In this document: one piece after another, positions 9,894-19,506 of the stretch
How the letters are laid out: each line of letters begins with the position of its first letter
Position numbering within the stretch: the stretch's first letter is position 1
NCBI GenBank assembly: GCA_963705305.1
Contig: OY970067.1
Coordinates: 160,001-224,000 of the forward strand
DNA length: 64,000 nt
Direction: 5' to 3'
Source of the DNA: an uncultured Methylomirabilota bacterium
GTDB taxonomy: Bacteria > Methylomirabilota > Methylomirabilia > Methylomirabilales > 2-02-FULL-66-22
Position numbers and translations under genes: made by a program
The notes under the pieces: model-generated
What the model was told of the DNA's origin: nothing
Databases searched by the model: none
What the model saw: the letters and a program-made list of their open reading frames with translations, nothing else

Positions 9894-10307
9894 GTGTCCG
9901 CGCATCGGGGTCGTGAGATGGTTGGATGCTCTCGGGGACGATCCAGGGCCTGGTGGGGGCTGTTCCTCTGCGCCTCGCTGGCGATAGGATGCTATCTTGC
10001 CTTCGACGTGCTAGGCCTGGACGGATCCAACCTGCACCGCCTGCTGAACAACGTCGCGCTGGCGCCGATGGCGGCGGAGCCCGATGTGCGACACATTCTC
10101 CCTCGGCCGCCGACGCTCCCGGATCCGCCGGACATCCCCCGGGCCCCCTTCTTCCACGAGATGTTCTTCGCATCGCTCCGGATCGCTCCCGGTGCCGTCC
10201 CCGTGATCGCTTCCTCCCGCTTTGAGGGCTCCCGTCCCCGCGCGCAGCTGGGACGGGAGTATTCCGCCTCGGACTCCTCCGCCTCCCCCGCCGACTCCCT
10301 GGCCTAG
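9894..10307 (+). CDS. Small membrane-anchored hypothetical protein (paralog B)
   Basis: TM segment, YLAFDVLGLDGS, ends PADSLA. TTGCAA-N17-TATATT promoter candidate at 9851-9879. Start may be 9918. Confidence 0.65.
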   Translation: MSAHRGREMVGCSRGRSRAWWGLFLCASLAIGCYLAFDVLGLDGSNLHRLLNNVALAPMAAEPDVRHILPRPPTLPDPPDIPRAPFFHEMFFASLRIAPGAVPVIASSRFEGSRPRAQLGREYSASDSSASPADSLA

Positions 10308-10403
10308 GGCCCGGGCCGGCCGGTTCGGCCGGGCCATTTCGCGTTCCCCAGCGCTCCGTCGAACTCGTGGATCCTGCGCGCGAAAGGTCCTGGGAGGTGC
10401 ACC

Positions 10404-10952
10404 ATGGCAGTGATTCTGATTGCGGAAGGTAATGCAGCGGTGGCTCGAAAAATGGCCCGAACATTCCGCCGCATCGGCCACATCCCGGTCGTCGCCCAGA
10501 ACGCCTGGACGGTCCTGGAGGAGGCGCTCGACATCCCCGATATCCATCTCATCTTGATCGACCAGTGGCTGCCGGATCTTCCCGGCACGGAGGTCGTGGA
10601 CCGGCTTCGAAGCCAGCCGGAGACCGCGCACATCCCAGTGGTGCTCTTCGCGGGGCATCCCGAGGCGGCGACTCGGCATCCGATCCCGATCCCTCCTCAT
10701 TGTCCGCCGCCTCGCTGGATCCTTGTCCAGAGGCTCATCGAGACCGGTTCGGAGCGGCTGGCCTTCCACGTATATCAGCGCCTGTGTGCGGACCGATCGC
10801 AGGCCTCATGTGCGACCGCACGGGATGTTCCAACTTGGGCTGAAATCGCGCGGTGGGCAAGAGCAGAGGGGGTGATCAGCGAAGAGCAGGCCGGACTGAT
10901 CGCCCCCGCCGCCTCCGCCAGGGGGGGTCATGAGCCTTCGAGTGTCGCTTGA
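10404..10952 (+). CDS. Atypical, truncated response-regulator receiver fused to an unknown C-terminal domain
   Basis: ILIAE...LILIDQWLPDLPG...LRSQPETAHIPVV; GGAGG RBS. Confidence 0.7.
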   Translation: MAVILIAEGNAAVARKMARTFRRIGHIPVVAQNAWTVLEEALDIPDIHLILIDQWLPDLPGTEVVDRLRSQPETAHIPVVLFAGHPEAATRHPIPIPPHCPPPRWILVQRLIETGSERLAFHVYQRLCADRSQASCATARDVPTWAEIARWARAEGVISEEQAGLIAPAASARGGHEPSSVA

Positions 10953-11266
10953 CACCAATCCCACCCCTTGATAGCCTCCCGCCGATTCGAGTACTTGCCC
11001 GGAGAATGCTGCCGTGCCCTCGAAATCCAGCTGTCGGGGAAATGCCATGGTGCCTGCCCGGGTTTCAGCGCTGTCTCCCATTTCTCGCCGGCACCCTCGA
11101 ACGCCCGGCAGATCCCCCTACGCCCTTCCCGTATCCGCCGGCCCGGCCGTGCTCCGTATTCGTCCCCCCGCGCTCCCCGCGGCCCCCGACCGCGATCCCG
11201 GGACCGCTGGGCGCCGGGCCGGGTGAGGATCGTGAAACCGAACGCCGGATGAGGCGAGGTGCTGTC

Positions 11267-11992
11267 ATGCCAGAAGTGCTGTGGGAACGGCTCAGGCGGA
11301 TCGAGATCGGGCAGGCCGCGAAGGCGGGAGCGGCGGTGATCATTCCGATCGCCTCCCTCGAGCAGCACGCCAATCACCTGCCGGTCAACACCGACTCCAG
11401 CATCGTATCCACCATCGCCCAGCGGGCCGCCCGGGCCATCGACGCATTCCCGGTGCTGGTCCTCCCCACCGTCTGGACGGGCTACTCCCCCCATCACATG
11501 GCCTACCCCGGGAGCGTCACGCTGAAGCACCACACTTTCGTCGACCTCCTCACGCAGGTGGCCGCCAGCGTCCACGCCCACGGCTTCAAGAAGATCCTCC
11601 TGTTGAACGGACACGGCGAGAACTCCCCCGTCGTGGCCGGCATGCGGACGAAGCTCGAATACGAGGACGGGTTCTCCGTCGTGGGGCAGGACTACTGGAC
11701 CATTCCCGGGATGCCTGAGGCCATGCGGACCCTGTGCCCGACTGACCGGGGATTCATCGGCCATGCGGGCGAGTTCGAGACCTCCGTGCAGATGCATCTC
11801 CAGCCCGAGCTGGTGGAGGCCGACAAGGCGGAGTGGGCACCGGGCGCCCTCGGCGACCCGTCCGCCGCCACCGCGGAGAAGGGCGAACGACTGATCGGGG
11901 CAGCCGTGGAGGCGCTGGCACAATTCCTCCGCGACTTTCACAGCGGAAAAATCGAGGAAGGGCTGCGCTGGCGCAAGGGGATCTCCGGGTAA
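11267..11992 (+). CDS. Creatininase-family protein
   Basis: EQHANHLPVNTD, SPHH, LNGHGEN and GHAGEFETS. Confidence 0.92.
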   Translation: MPEVLWERLRRIEIGQAAKAGAAVIIPIASLEQHANHLPVNTDSSIVSTIAQRAARAIDAFPVLVLPTVWTGYSPHHMAYPGSVTLKHHTFVDLLTQVAASVHAHGFKKILLLNGHGENSPVVAGMRTKLEYEDGFSVVGQDYWTIPGMPEAMRTLCPTDRGFIGHAGEFETSVQMHLQPELVEADKAEWAPGALGDPSAATAEKGERLIGAAVEALAQFLRDFHSGKIEEGLRWRKGISG

Positions 11993-12006
11993 AGAGGAAC
12001 GGAGCA

Positions 12007-13185
12007 ATGAACTTCGATCTGGTCATCAGGGGCGGCGAGGTGGTGGACCCCGGCAGCGGTCTGCTGGGACGGATGGACATTGGGATCCGCGACGGCCTGA
12101 TCGCCGCGGTCGATCGGTCCCTGCCGGTCGAGGGGGCCGGCGCGACGCTGAACGCCGCCGGGCAGATCGTCACGCCGGGGCTTTTCGACCTACATACGCA
12201 CGTCTACTGGGGGGCCACCTACTGGGGGATCGAGCCCGATCCGGTCGCCGCGCGCACGGGGGTCACCACCTGGCTCGACGCCGGCACGGCGGGCGGCTAC
12301 GGCTTCCCCGGCTTCCGCCGCCACATCATCGAGGCCAGCCGGGCGCGCGTCTTCGCGCTCCTGAACGTCTCCTGCATCGGCCTCGTCGCCCCCACCTACG
12401 AACTGGCCAACCCGGACTACTGCGACCTCGGCCTTGGCCGGCGGATCGTGGAGGCCAACCGGGACGTCATCTTGGGCATCAAGGCCCGGATCGACGCCAA
12501 CACGACCCGGGGCGTCGGGCTCGAGCCCATGCGGCAGGCGCGCCGGCTGGCCGACCAGGTCGAGCTGCCGTTGATGGTCCACATCGCCAAGCCGCCGCCC
12601 CTCCTGGAGGATATCCTCCCCCTGATGAAGCCGGGCGACATCCTGACCCACTGCTATACGGGACAGGCGAACCGGCTGCTGGAGCCCGGCGGGCGGCTGC
12701 GCGACTTCGTCCGCCGCGCCTGGGATGCGGGCGTGATCATGGATGTCGGGCACGGGACGGGGAGCTTCAGCTACGAGGTCGCCGAGCGGATGCTGGCGGC
12801 AGGGATGCCCCCGGATGTCATCAGCACCGACATCCACCAACTGAGCATCCAGGGCCCCATGTTCGACATGCCGACCACGCTCTCGAAGTTCCTGAACCTC
12901 GGGATGAGCCTGCCGGACACCGTCGAGCGGGCCACGGCGCGGCCCGCCCGGGCCGCCCGTCGTCCGGACCTGGCCAGCCTCAAGCCGGGAGCGCCCGCCG
13001 ACGTGGCTCTGTTCGCCCTGGAGCAGGGGGCCTACACGTTCCACGACGTCTTCATGACGGCTCGCCGCGGGACCCTGCGACTGGTGAACCGGGCCACCAT
13101 CAGGGCCGGCACGCCCATGGCCCCGCGTCCGGAGCCGCCGCTCGCCCCCTGGGCCGAGCTGCCCGAGCCCCAGCGTCCGACCTGA
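12007..13185 (+). CDS. Amidohydrolase/deacetylase (dihydroorotase-like)
   Basis: PGLFDLHTH, GVTTWLDAG, GIKAR, THC, DVGHG and ISTDIH. Confidence 0.92.
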   Translation: MNFDLVIRGGEVVDPGSGLLGRMDIGIRDGLIAAVDRSLPVEGAGATLNAAGQIVTPGLFDLHTHVYWGATYWGIEPDPVAARTGVTTWLDAGTAGGYGFPGFRRHIIEASRARVFALLNVSCIGLVAPTYELANPDYCDLGLGRRIVEANRDVILGIKARIDANTTRGVGLEPMRQARRLADQVELPLMVHIAKPPPLLEDILPLMKPGDILTHCYTGQANRLLEPGGRLRDFVRRAWDAGVIMDVGHGTGSFSYEVAERMLAAGMPPDVISTDIHQLSIQGPMFDMPTTLSKFLNLGMSLPDTVERATARPARAARRPDLASLKPGAPADVALFALEQGAYTFHDVFMTARRGTLRLVNRATIRAGTPMAPRPEPPLAPWAELPEPQRPT

Positions 13186-13279
13186 CCTCCGGCGGGAAGC
13201 CGCTCCCAGCCGGGACCTCCCGCCTCGCCCTCTCCCGCCGCCTCCCCGGCCGGCGCACAGACACGGAAACGGGAGGGCC

Positions 13280-14287
13280 TCAGCGAACGGCCGGCCGGGA
13301 GGCGCGCAGCAGCGCCCGGGCCTCCCTGCCGGTCTTCAGCAGGAAGATCGGGCCGCCCACGATCAGGTACCAGTAGAAGGTGAATGAACGCCAGATGATG
13401 AGGGTAAAGGCGGCGTTCGCATGGGGCAGGTAGGCTGCCATCAACCCCAGGTAGCCCGCATCCACCCCGCCGCCGCCGGCGGGAATGACGAGCATCTGGC
13501 CTCCCAGGTTCAGCAGCCCCTGTATAAGGAAGAGATAGGCAACAGGGACGTGTCGGGCCACCAGGGAGACCGCAACAACCAGGACAAGGTAGCGGGGCAG
13601 CCAATACCCGACGGAGAAGAGATACAGGGCTGCTCGCCTCGGCCAGGGCAGGGAACGGAATGCTCGCAGGGCGTGCAGGAGGTCTACCGCCCCCCGGGCC
13701 AGGCGGTAGCGGCGCCTCGCCAGCCAGGCGAAGCGCGCCATGAGTCTGCTGAGCCCATGAAGCATGGGGCGGAAGTACCGAACCAGCAGCCAGATCAGCA
13801 CCGCGGCCCCCCCTACCAGGAGGAGCGCCACGCCGATCACCAGCTGGGTGCCGAACGGGTTGCGCACCACCAGCATGACCAGCGCAGCCAGGAACATGGC
13901 GGTGCAGAAGTAGAGGACATCGAGCAGGATGATGATCATGACCAGGCCCACGGCCTTGCCCAGCCGGACCCCCGTCCGGCTGAACAGAAAGATGTAGGTG
14001 GCGGGCATGCCCGAGGCGGCGGGTGTGGCGGCGGCGGCAAACTCGGCGGCGATGGTGATGAGCGCTCCTTCCACGATCCCCACCGGCCTGCGCATCTCCC
14101 CCAGCAGCAGCTGCACCCGGGCGGCGTTGAATCCCCAGCCCACCAGGCTGAGCGCCAGCAGCAGCAGCACCGCCGGCCAGCTCAGGTGGAGGACCTGGCG
14201 GAAGACCTCGCCGCCCCCGAAGATGGCGGGAACGACCAGGGTGAGACAGATGCTGATGAACAAGAGCAGCAGGTAGCGTCTGCGCAT
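13280..14287 (-). CDS. Lysylphosphatidylglycerol synthase TM-region (UPF0104 flippase-like) membrane protein
   Basis: TPAASGMP, PAGGGGVD and IWRSFTFY; polytopic. Confidence 0.8.
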   Translation of the reverse strand: MRRRYLLLLFISICLTLVVPAIFGGGEVFRQVLHLSWPAVLLLLALSLVGWGFNAARVQLLLGEMRRPVGIVEGALITIAAEFAAAATPAASGMPATYIFLFSRTGVRLGKAVGLVMIIILLDVLYFCTAMFLAALVMLVVRNPFGTQLVIGVALLLVGGAAVLIWLLVRYFRPMLHGLSRLMARFAWLARRRYRLARGAVDLLHALRAFRSLPWPRRAALYLFSVGYWLPRYLVLVVAVSLVARHVPVAYLFLIQGLLNLGGQMLVIPAGGGGVDAGYLGLMAAYLPHANAAFTLIIWRSFTFYWYLIVGGPIFLLKTGREARALLRASRPAVR

Positions 14288-14601
14288 GAGATTGCATCGC
14301 CTCGGCCGGGGGCGCCGGACGGGAGACGGGGAGAATCCCGGCGTCCACACCGGGCGGGCCGGATACGCCAGGTGGCAGCGGGATGCAAGCCGGCCGTCCG
14401 GCCGAACCGCGACCGTGGGTCGATCCCGCGCCCGGCCCCGCCTCGGGCGGCCGGTTGATTCTACCCCATTCTCCTGCGGGAGGGGCGAAACAATTCGACC
14501 GGCCCGGCCGGGCCGGCCGGCCGCGGTCCGAATGATTCTCGTTGCGCGCGGGACAGGAAGGCGATATAGGAGATGTCTCGCCGCGCGAGTCGGGAGAGAC
14601 C

Positions 14602-15447
14602 ATGGCCGAACGACGCAGCCTCAAAGAGCTGGCCGAGGACCCACGATTCATCCCGGGCGTGTACAACTATTGCGACCGCTGGTGCGAGCGCTGCCCGCTG
14701 ACCTCTCGCTGCCTCGTCTACGCCACGGAGCGGGAGGACGGTGCGGCGGAGGCCTCCGCCTCGGGGGATATCCGCAACCAGGCCTTCTGGACCCGATTGG
14801 AGAAGACGCTTCGCGAGGCCCAGGAGATGCTCCAGGAGCTGCTGGAAGAGCACGGCATCGAAGTCGACCCGGCCGATGCGGTCGAGGCCTGGGCCCGGGC
14901 GCGCCGGCGTCACGACGAGGCCCGGAGTCATCCGTCCGTGGCGGCGGCGGAGGCGTACCGGAAGGCGGCCGACCGGTGGTTCGAGCAGGCGGAAGCCTGC
15001 CTGGCGGCCCACGGGGAGGCGCTGAAGCATCAGGAGCGGATGGAGCTGTCTGGCGCGGATCCCGGGGGGGTCGCGCGGCGCTTGCGGGAAGCGGTCGAGG
15101 TCATTCGTTGGTACCAGCCTCAGATCGTCATCAAGCTGATGCGGGCGGCCGCTTCCGCACGCCAGGAAGCCGGGCAGGAAGAGCCGCTCGACAGGAGTGA
15201 TGCCGACGGATCCGCCAAGGTGGCCCTCATCGGCACCGACCGCTCCCTGGCCGCCTGGGCCGAATTGCTCCGCCAGCTGCCCGAGGAAGAAGACCGCATT
15301 CTGCCGCTGCTGGTCGCCCTCGACCGGATGCGGCGCGAGGTGGAGGCGTGCTTCCCCAAGGCCTGGGCCTTCATCCGGCCCGGCTTCGACGTGGAGGTCT
15401 GGGCGGGCGAACCCGAGCCGGAGAGCGGGGCGCGGCCCTCCGCCTGA
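14602..15447 (+). CDS. Hypothetical protein with N-terminal CDRWCERC-x5-C motif
   Basis: Good RBS and codon usage; ends FPKAWAFIRPGFD. Confidence 0.8.
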   Translation: MAERRSLKELAEDPRFIPGVYNYCDRWCERCPLTSRCLVYATEREDGAAEASASGDIRNQAFWTRLEKTLREAQEMLQELLEEHGIEVDPADAVEAWARARRRHDEARSHPSVAAAEAYRKAADRWFEQAEACLAAHGEALKHQERMELSGADPGGVARRLREAVEVIRWYQPQIVIKLMRAAASARQEAGQEEPLDRSDADGSAKVALIGTDRSLAAWAELLRQLPEEEDRILPLLVALDRMRREVEACFPKAWAFIRPGFDVEVWAGEPEPESGARPSA

Positions 15448-15563
15448 GCCCGGGACCGCGGGGCCCGCTTGCGGGGGAGGCCACCCAGTGGCGACCGCTG
15501 CATCCCCGAACTGCTCATGCATCGCACATCCCGTATGTTCCCTCTGAGAGAGGAGTGACCCAC

Positions 15564-16568
15564 ATGCCAATTCGTGTCATGCATTTCGGACTGGGGCCTA
15601 TCGGCGCCGCGGTGCTTCACCAGGTCGCGACGCGGAAGGGATTCAAGGTCGTCGGCGGCGTCGACATCGACCCGCGCAAGCTGGGAGTGGACCTGGGCGA
15701 GATCGCGCGGCTGGATCGCCGGCTCGGCGTCAAGGTCACCGGCGATCCGGTGGCGGCGATCAAGACCGCCAAGCCCGACGTCGTGATGCTGTGCACCTTG
15801 AGCTCGCTCAAGGACGTCATGCCGCAGATCGAGACGATGCTGAGGCTCCGCGTCCCCATCGTCTCGACCACCGAAGAGCTGTCCTACCCGTTCTACTCCA
15901 ACCGGAGGCTGGCGCGGAAGATCGACGAGCTGGCCAAGAAGGCCAAGGTGGCGGTGGTCGGCACCGGCGTCAACCCGGGATTCGTCATGGATGCCCTGCC
16001 CATCATGCTGACTGCGGTCTGCGGGCGGGTGGACTCCATCCGCGTCGACCGGGTCCAGGATGCCGGCCGACGGCGGCTCCCTTTCCAGAAGAAGATCGGC
16101 TCCGGCCTCACCGTCGACCAGTTTCAGGACAAGGTGCGCGCCGGAACGGTCCGGCACGTGGGGCTCACGGAGTCCGTCGCGATGATCGCCGGCGCGCTGG
16201 GGTGGAAGATCGGGAAGATCACCGACACCATCCTGCCCAAGATCGCCGACCGGCAGGTCTCCAGCCAGTTCCTGACCGTGGAGCCCGGCTTGGTCTGCGG
16301 CATTATTCAGACCGGCGTCGGCTACGGGCGGGACGGCCAGCCCCTGATCACCCTGCACATGGAGGCGTACCTGGGGGCCCCGGAATCCTACGACGAGGTG
16401 ACGATCACGGGGGAGCCGAATCTGTCCTCGCGGGTCGAGGGAGGGTTTCACGGCGACGTCGCCACGGCCTCCATCGTCGTCAACACCATCCCCAAGATCC
16501 TGACCGCCCCGCCGGGCCTGCGGACGATGCGCGACATGGTCCTGCCGTCCTGCTTCGGCGGCAGGTAG
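15564..16568 (+). CDS. DapB-like NAD(P)-dependent dehydrogenase (diaminopentanoate dehydrogenase-like)
   Basis: FGLGPIG Rossmann motif, STTEELSYP, GTGVNPGFVMD and GDVATA. Confidence 0.85.
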   Translation: MPIRVMHFGLGPIGAAVLHQVATRKGFKVVGGVDIDPRKLGVDLGEIARLDRRLGVKVTGDPVAAIKTAKPDVVMLCTLSSLKDVMPQIETMLRLRVPIVSTTEELSYPFYSNRRLARKIDELAKKAKVAVVGTGVNPGFVMDALPIMLTAVCGRVDSIRVDRVQDAGRRRLPFQKKIGSGLTVDQFQDKVRAGTVRHVGLTESVAMIAGALGWKIGKITDTILPKIADRQVSSQFLTVEPGLVCGIIQTGVGYGRDGQPLITLHMEAYLGAPESYDEVTITGEPNLSSRVEGGFHGDVATASIVVNTIPKILTAPPGLRTMRDMVLPSCFGGR

Positions 16569-16650
16569 ACCGCCGGGCCGGCGGAGGGCAGCGGGGCGCG
16601 TCCGAACAGGCGCAGGGGTCGGATGGAAGGATTGCCGGACGGGCGCTTCT

Positions 16651-17364
16651 TCAGCCGCCCAGGTAGGCTTTCTTGACGCCGGGATCGGCCAGCAGATCCT
16701 GGGAGCTGCCCTGGAGGACGAGGTTGCCGCTTTCCAGCACGTAGCCCCGCTGCGCGAACTGGAGGGCCATGCGGGCATTCTGCTCCACCAGCAGGATGGT
16801 GGTCCCCTCCTTGTTGATCTCGCGCAGCGCCTGAAACATGGTCATCATCAGGACGGGCGCCAGCCCCATGGACGGTTCGTCCAGGAGCATCAGCTTCCGG
16901 CCGCTCATCAACGCCCGCCCGACCGCCAGCATCTGCTGCTCTCCGCCGCTCAGCGTCTCGGCCTTCTGCAGCTGGCGCTCGGCCAGGCGCGGGAACAGCG
17001 AGAACACCCGCGCCAGATCCTGCTCGATTCGCGGGCTGTCCTTGCGGGCGAAGGTGGCCAGCTTCAGATTCTCCATGACCGTGAGGTTGCCGAACAGACG
17101 CCTCCCTTCCGGAACGTGGGAGATCCCCAGCGCGCTGACCACCCGGTCCGGCCGGTACTTGAGCAGGTCCTTTTCCTGGTAGGTGATGCGGCTTCCCGGC
17201 TGCACGGGGATCAGCCGCGAGATGGCCCGCAGCGTGGTGCTCTTCCCGGCGCCGTTCGCCCCGATGATGCAGACGATCTCCCCCTCGGCCACCTGGAAGC
17301 TCAAGCCGTGGAGGGCCTTGATCGCGCCGTAGGACACGCGGAGGTTTTCCACCGAGAGCAGCAT
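16651..17364 (-). CDS. livF: ABC ATP-binding protein
   Basis: GANGAGKST, LSGGEQQM, LLDEPSMGLAP and AYLGG. Confidence 0.93.
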   Translation of the reverse strand: MLLSVENLRVSYGAIKALHGLSFQVAEGEIVCIIGANGAGKSTTLRAISRLIPVQPGSRITYQEKDLLKYRPDRVVSALGISHVPEGRRLFGNLTVMENLKLATFARKDSPRIEQDLARVFSLFPRLAERQLQKAETLSGGEQQMLAVGRALMSGRKLMLLDEPSMGLAPVLMMTMFQALREINKEGTTILLVEQNARMALQFAQRGYVLESGNLVLQGSSQDLLADPGVKKAYLGG

Positions 17365-18134
17365 CAGATCTCCACCTCCTTGCCCAGGTAGGCGTCGATC
17401 ACCGTGGGGTTGTTCCGGATCTCCTCCGGGGTCCCCTCCGCAATCACCTCGCCGAAGCTCAGGGTCTGGATCCTCTCGCACAGATCCATGACGAACTTCA
17501 TCCGGTGCTCGATGAGGAAGATCGCCAGGCCGAACTGATCCCGGACCTGCCGGATGACCCGCACCATCTCGCTCAATTCCTCCGGATTCATCCCTGCCGT
17601 CGGCTCGTCCAGGAGCAGCACCTTGGGCCGGATGGCCAGCGCCCTGGCCATCTCGACCTTGCGCTGCACGCCGTACGGCAGATTCGTCACCACCTCGTCG
17701 GCCAGGCGGGCAATCCCCATGGTGGCCAGCAGCTCGCGCGCGACCGCATTGGTCTCCGCCTCCTCCTGGGCGAACCGCGGCGTGGCGAAGAAGGCCCCCA
17801 TGAGCCCGTAGGTCAGCTGAGAATAGCGGGCCAGCTTCACGTGCTCGAGGGCGGTCATGTGCCTCCAGAGGCGGAGATTCTGGAAGGTCCTGCCCAGGCC
17901 CCGGGCGGCGATCTGGTAGGGCTGGAGGCCGATCAGGCTCTCGCCCTCGAGTGTCACGCTCCCCGCCGAGGGGGCAATGATGCCCGTGATCAGATTGAAG
18001 ACCGTGGTCTTGCCGGCCCCGTTGGGCCCGATCAGGCCCCGGATCTGGCCGGGCTCGATCTCCATGTTGAAGTCCCGGACGGCGCGCAGGCCGCCGAACT
18101 GGACGGCGAGGTTCCGGACCTGAAGCAGCGCCAT
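17364..18134 (-). CDS. livG: ABC ATP-binding protein
   Basis: GPNGAGKTT, LPYG and LLDEPTAGMN. Confidence 0.93.
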   Translation of the reverse strand: MALLQVRNLAVQFGGLRAVRDFNMEIEPGQIRGLIGPNGAGKTTVFNLITGIIAPSAGSVTLEGESLIGLQPYQIAARGLGRTFQNLRLWRHMTALEHVKLARYSQLTYGLMGAFFATPRFAQEEAETNAVARELLATMGIARLADEVVTNLPYGVQRKVEMARALAIRPKVLLLDEPTAGMNPEELSEMVRVIRQVRDQFGLAIFLIEHRMKFVMDLCERIQTLSFGEVIAEGTPEEIRNNPTVIDAYLGKEVEI

Positions 18135-18135
18135 G

Positions 18136-19452
18136 CTACACCTCTCCGGCAGGTGTCAGTTTGGGCTTGATCATCTCCTCGACCCTGAACTCGCGGAAGG
18201 CCACCAGCCCGGTCGGCCGGAAGATCATCACCAGGATCAGCAGCGCCGGAATGACGATCCAGCGGAGGATCTCCAGCGGGCGCAGGGCCTCGATGAGGAA
18301 GTTGAGCCCGACGGCGCCCACGATGGAGCCGACCACGGAGTTCAGCCCGCCCAGGTACACCATGGCCAGGACTTCGCTCAATTTCAGAATGCCGAAGGAG
18401 CCCGGATTCACGTACCGGATGACGTGCGCCAAGAGGCCCCCGGCCACGCCGGCCCAGAAGGCCGAGAACAGGAACGCCACCATCTTGGTGTGGCGGGTGT
18501 TGACGGTCATGGCGTCGGCGGCCGTCTCGTCGTCCCGCACGCCGTTCAGCGCCTTGCCGAGGGTGGAGCGGACATAGTTGTTGATGACCAGGATGCCCAG
18601 GGCGGTCACGGCAAAGATCACGGGCAGGCTGGCGAAATCCGGCTGCCCCATGAACCCGCGCGCCCCGCCCACGATCTCCAGATTCTCGATCAGGCTCTTC
18701 ACGATGAAGGTGAAGGCCAGGGAGATGATGGCCAGGTAGTCCCCCCGCGTCTTGAAGGACGGGATGGCGACGAACAGCGCTCCGAATGCCGCCACCAATC
18801 CCCCGGCGATGAGAGAGAAGGGGAAAATAATCGGCGCCAGGGCGGCGGGCAGCAGCGGTGCGCCCAGGATCTTGTTCTGGACGAAGCACACCACGGTGAT
18901 GACCGAGGCGCCGTAGGCGCCCAGGGCCATGAAGCCCGGGTGGGAGCAGGAGAACTCCCCCATGTAGCCGTTGACCACGTTCAGGCTCAGGGTCACGATG
19001 ATGGCGATCAGGGTCAGCTTGAGGACCAGCGCCCGGTAATCCCCGAGCCCAGCCCACACGCTCATGACGGCATAGAGCAGGAGCAGGTGGACGATCAGGG
19101 AGGCCCAGCGGGGAAATCGGAGCAATCCGGCCGCCAGCCAGTTTGCCGGCGCGGCGCTCAGCCGGGCCACCAGGCCGACCGGCAGGATATAGACCGCCGC
19201 GACATACAGCAGCGTGTGGGGAATGAGGGCCGGCCGGCTGAACACAACGTCCAAACCGAAGAGCGCGGGCATATCGTCCATGCCGAGGGCCGACACCAGG
19301 TGGGCACCCACCAGATATTCGACCCCGGCCGCCCCCAGCGCGCCCAGCAGCCAGCCCAGCAGCGGGACCCGGACAAAGGGGGCGCGCACCCTCCCCCAAA
19401 GGGCCATACCCCGCGGACGCTCTGCAGGAAGCTCCCCGCCTTCAATTCGCAT
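18136..19452 (-). CDS. livM: LivM-type permease with extended N-terminal TM region
   Basis: KTRGDYLAI and GVRDDETAA; about 130 extra hydrophobic N-terminal residues. Confidence 0.88.
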   Translation of the reverse strand: MRIEGGELPAERPRGMALWGRVRAPFVRVPLLGWLLGALGAAGVEYLVGAHLVSALGMDDMPALFGLDVVFSRPALIPHTLLYVAAVYILPVGLVARLSAAPANWLAAGLLRFPRWASLIVHLLLLYAVMSVWAGLGDYRALVLKLTLIAIIVTLSLNVVNGYMGEFSCSHPGFMALGAYGASVITVVCFVQNKILGAPLLPAALAPIIFPFSLIAGGLVAAFGALFVAIPSFKTRGDYLAIISLAFTFIVKSLIENLEIVGGARGFMGQPDFASLPVIFAVTALGILVINNYVRSTLGKALNGVRDDETAADAMTVNTRHTKMVAFLFSAFWAGVAGGLLAHVIRYVNPGSFGILKLSEVLAMVYLGGLNSVVGSIVGAVGLNFLIEALRPLEILRWIVIPALLILVMIFRPTGLVAFREFRVEEMIKPKLTPAGEV

Positions 19453-19506
19453 CTTTATCGGAACCTCCTTGAACAGCCTGGGCGACACCGGGTATGCCGC
19501 ATCGTG

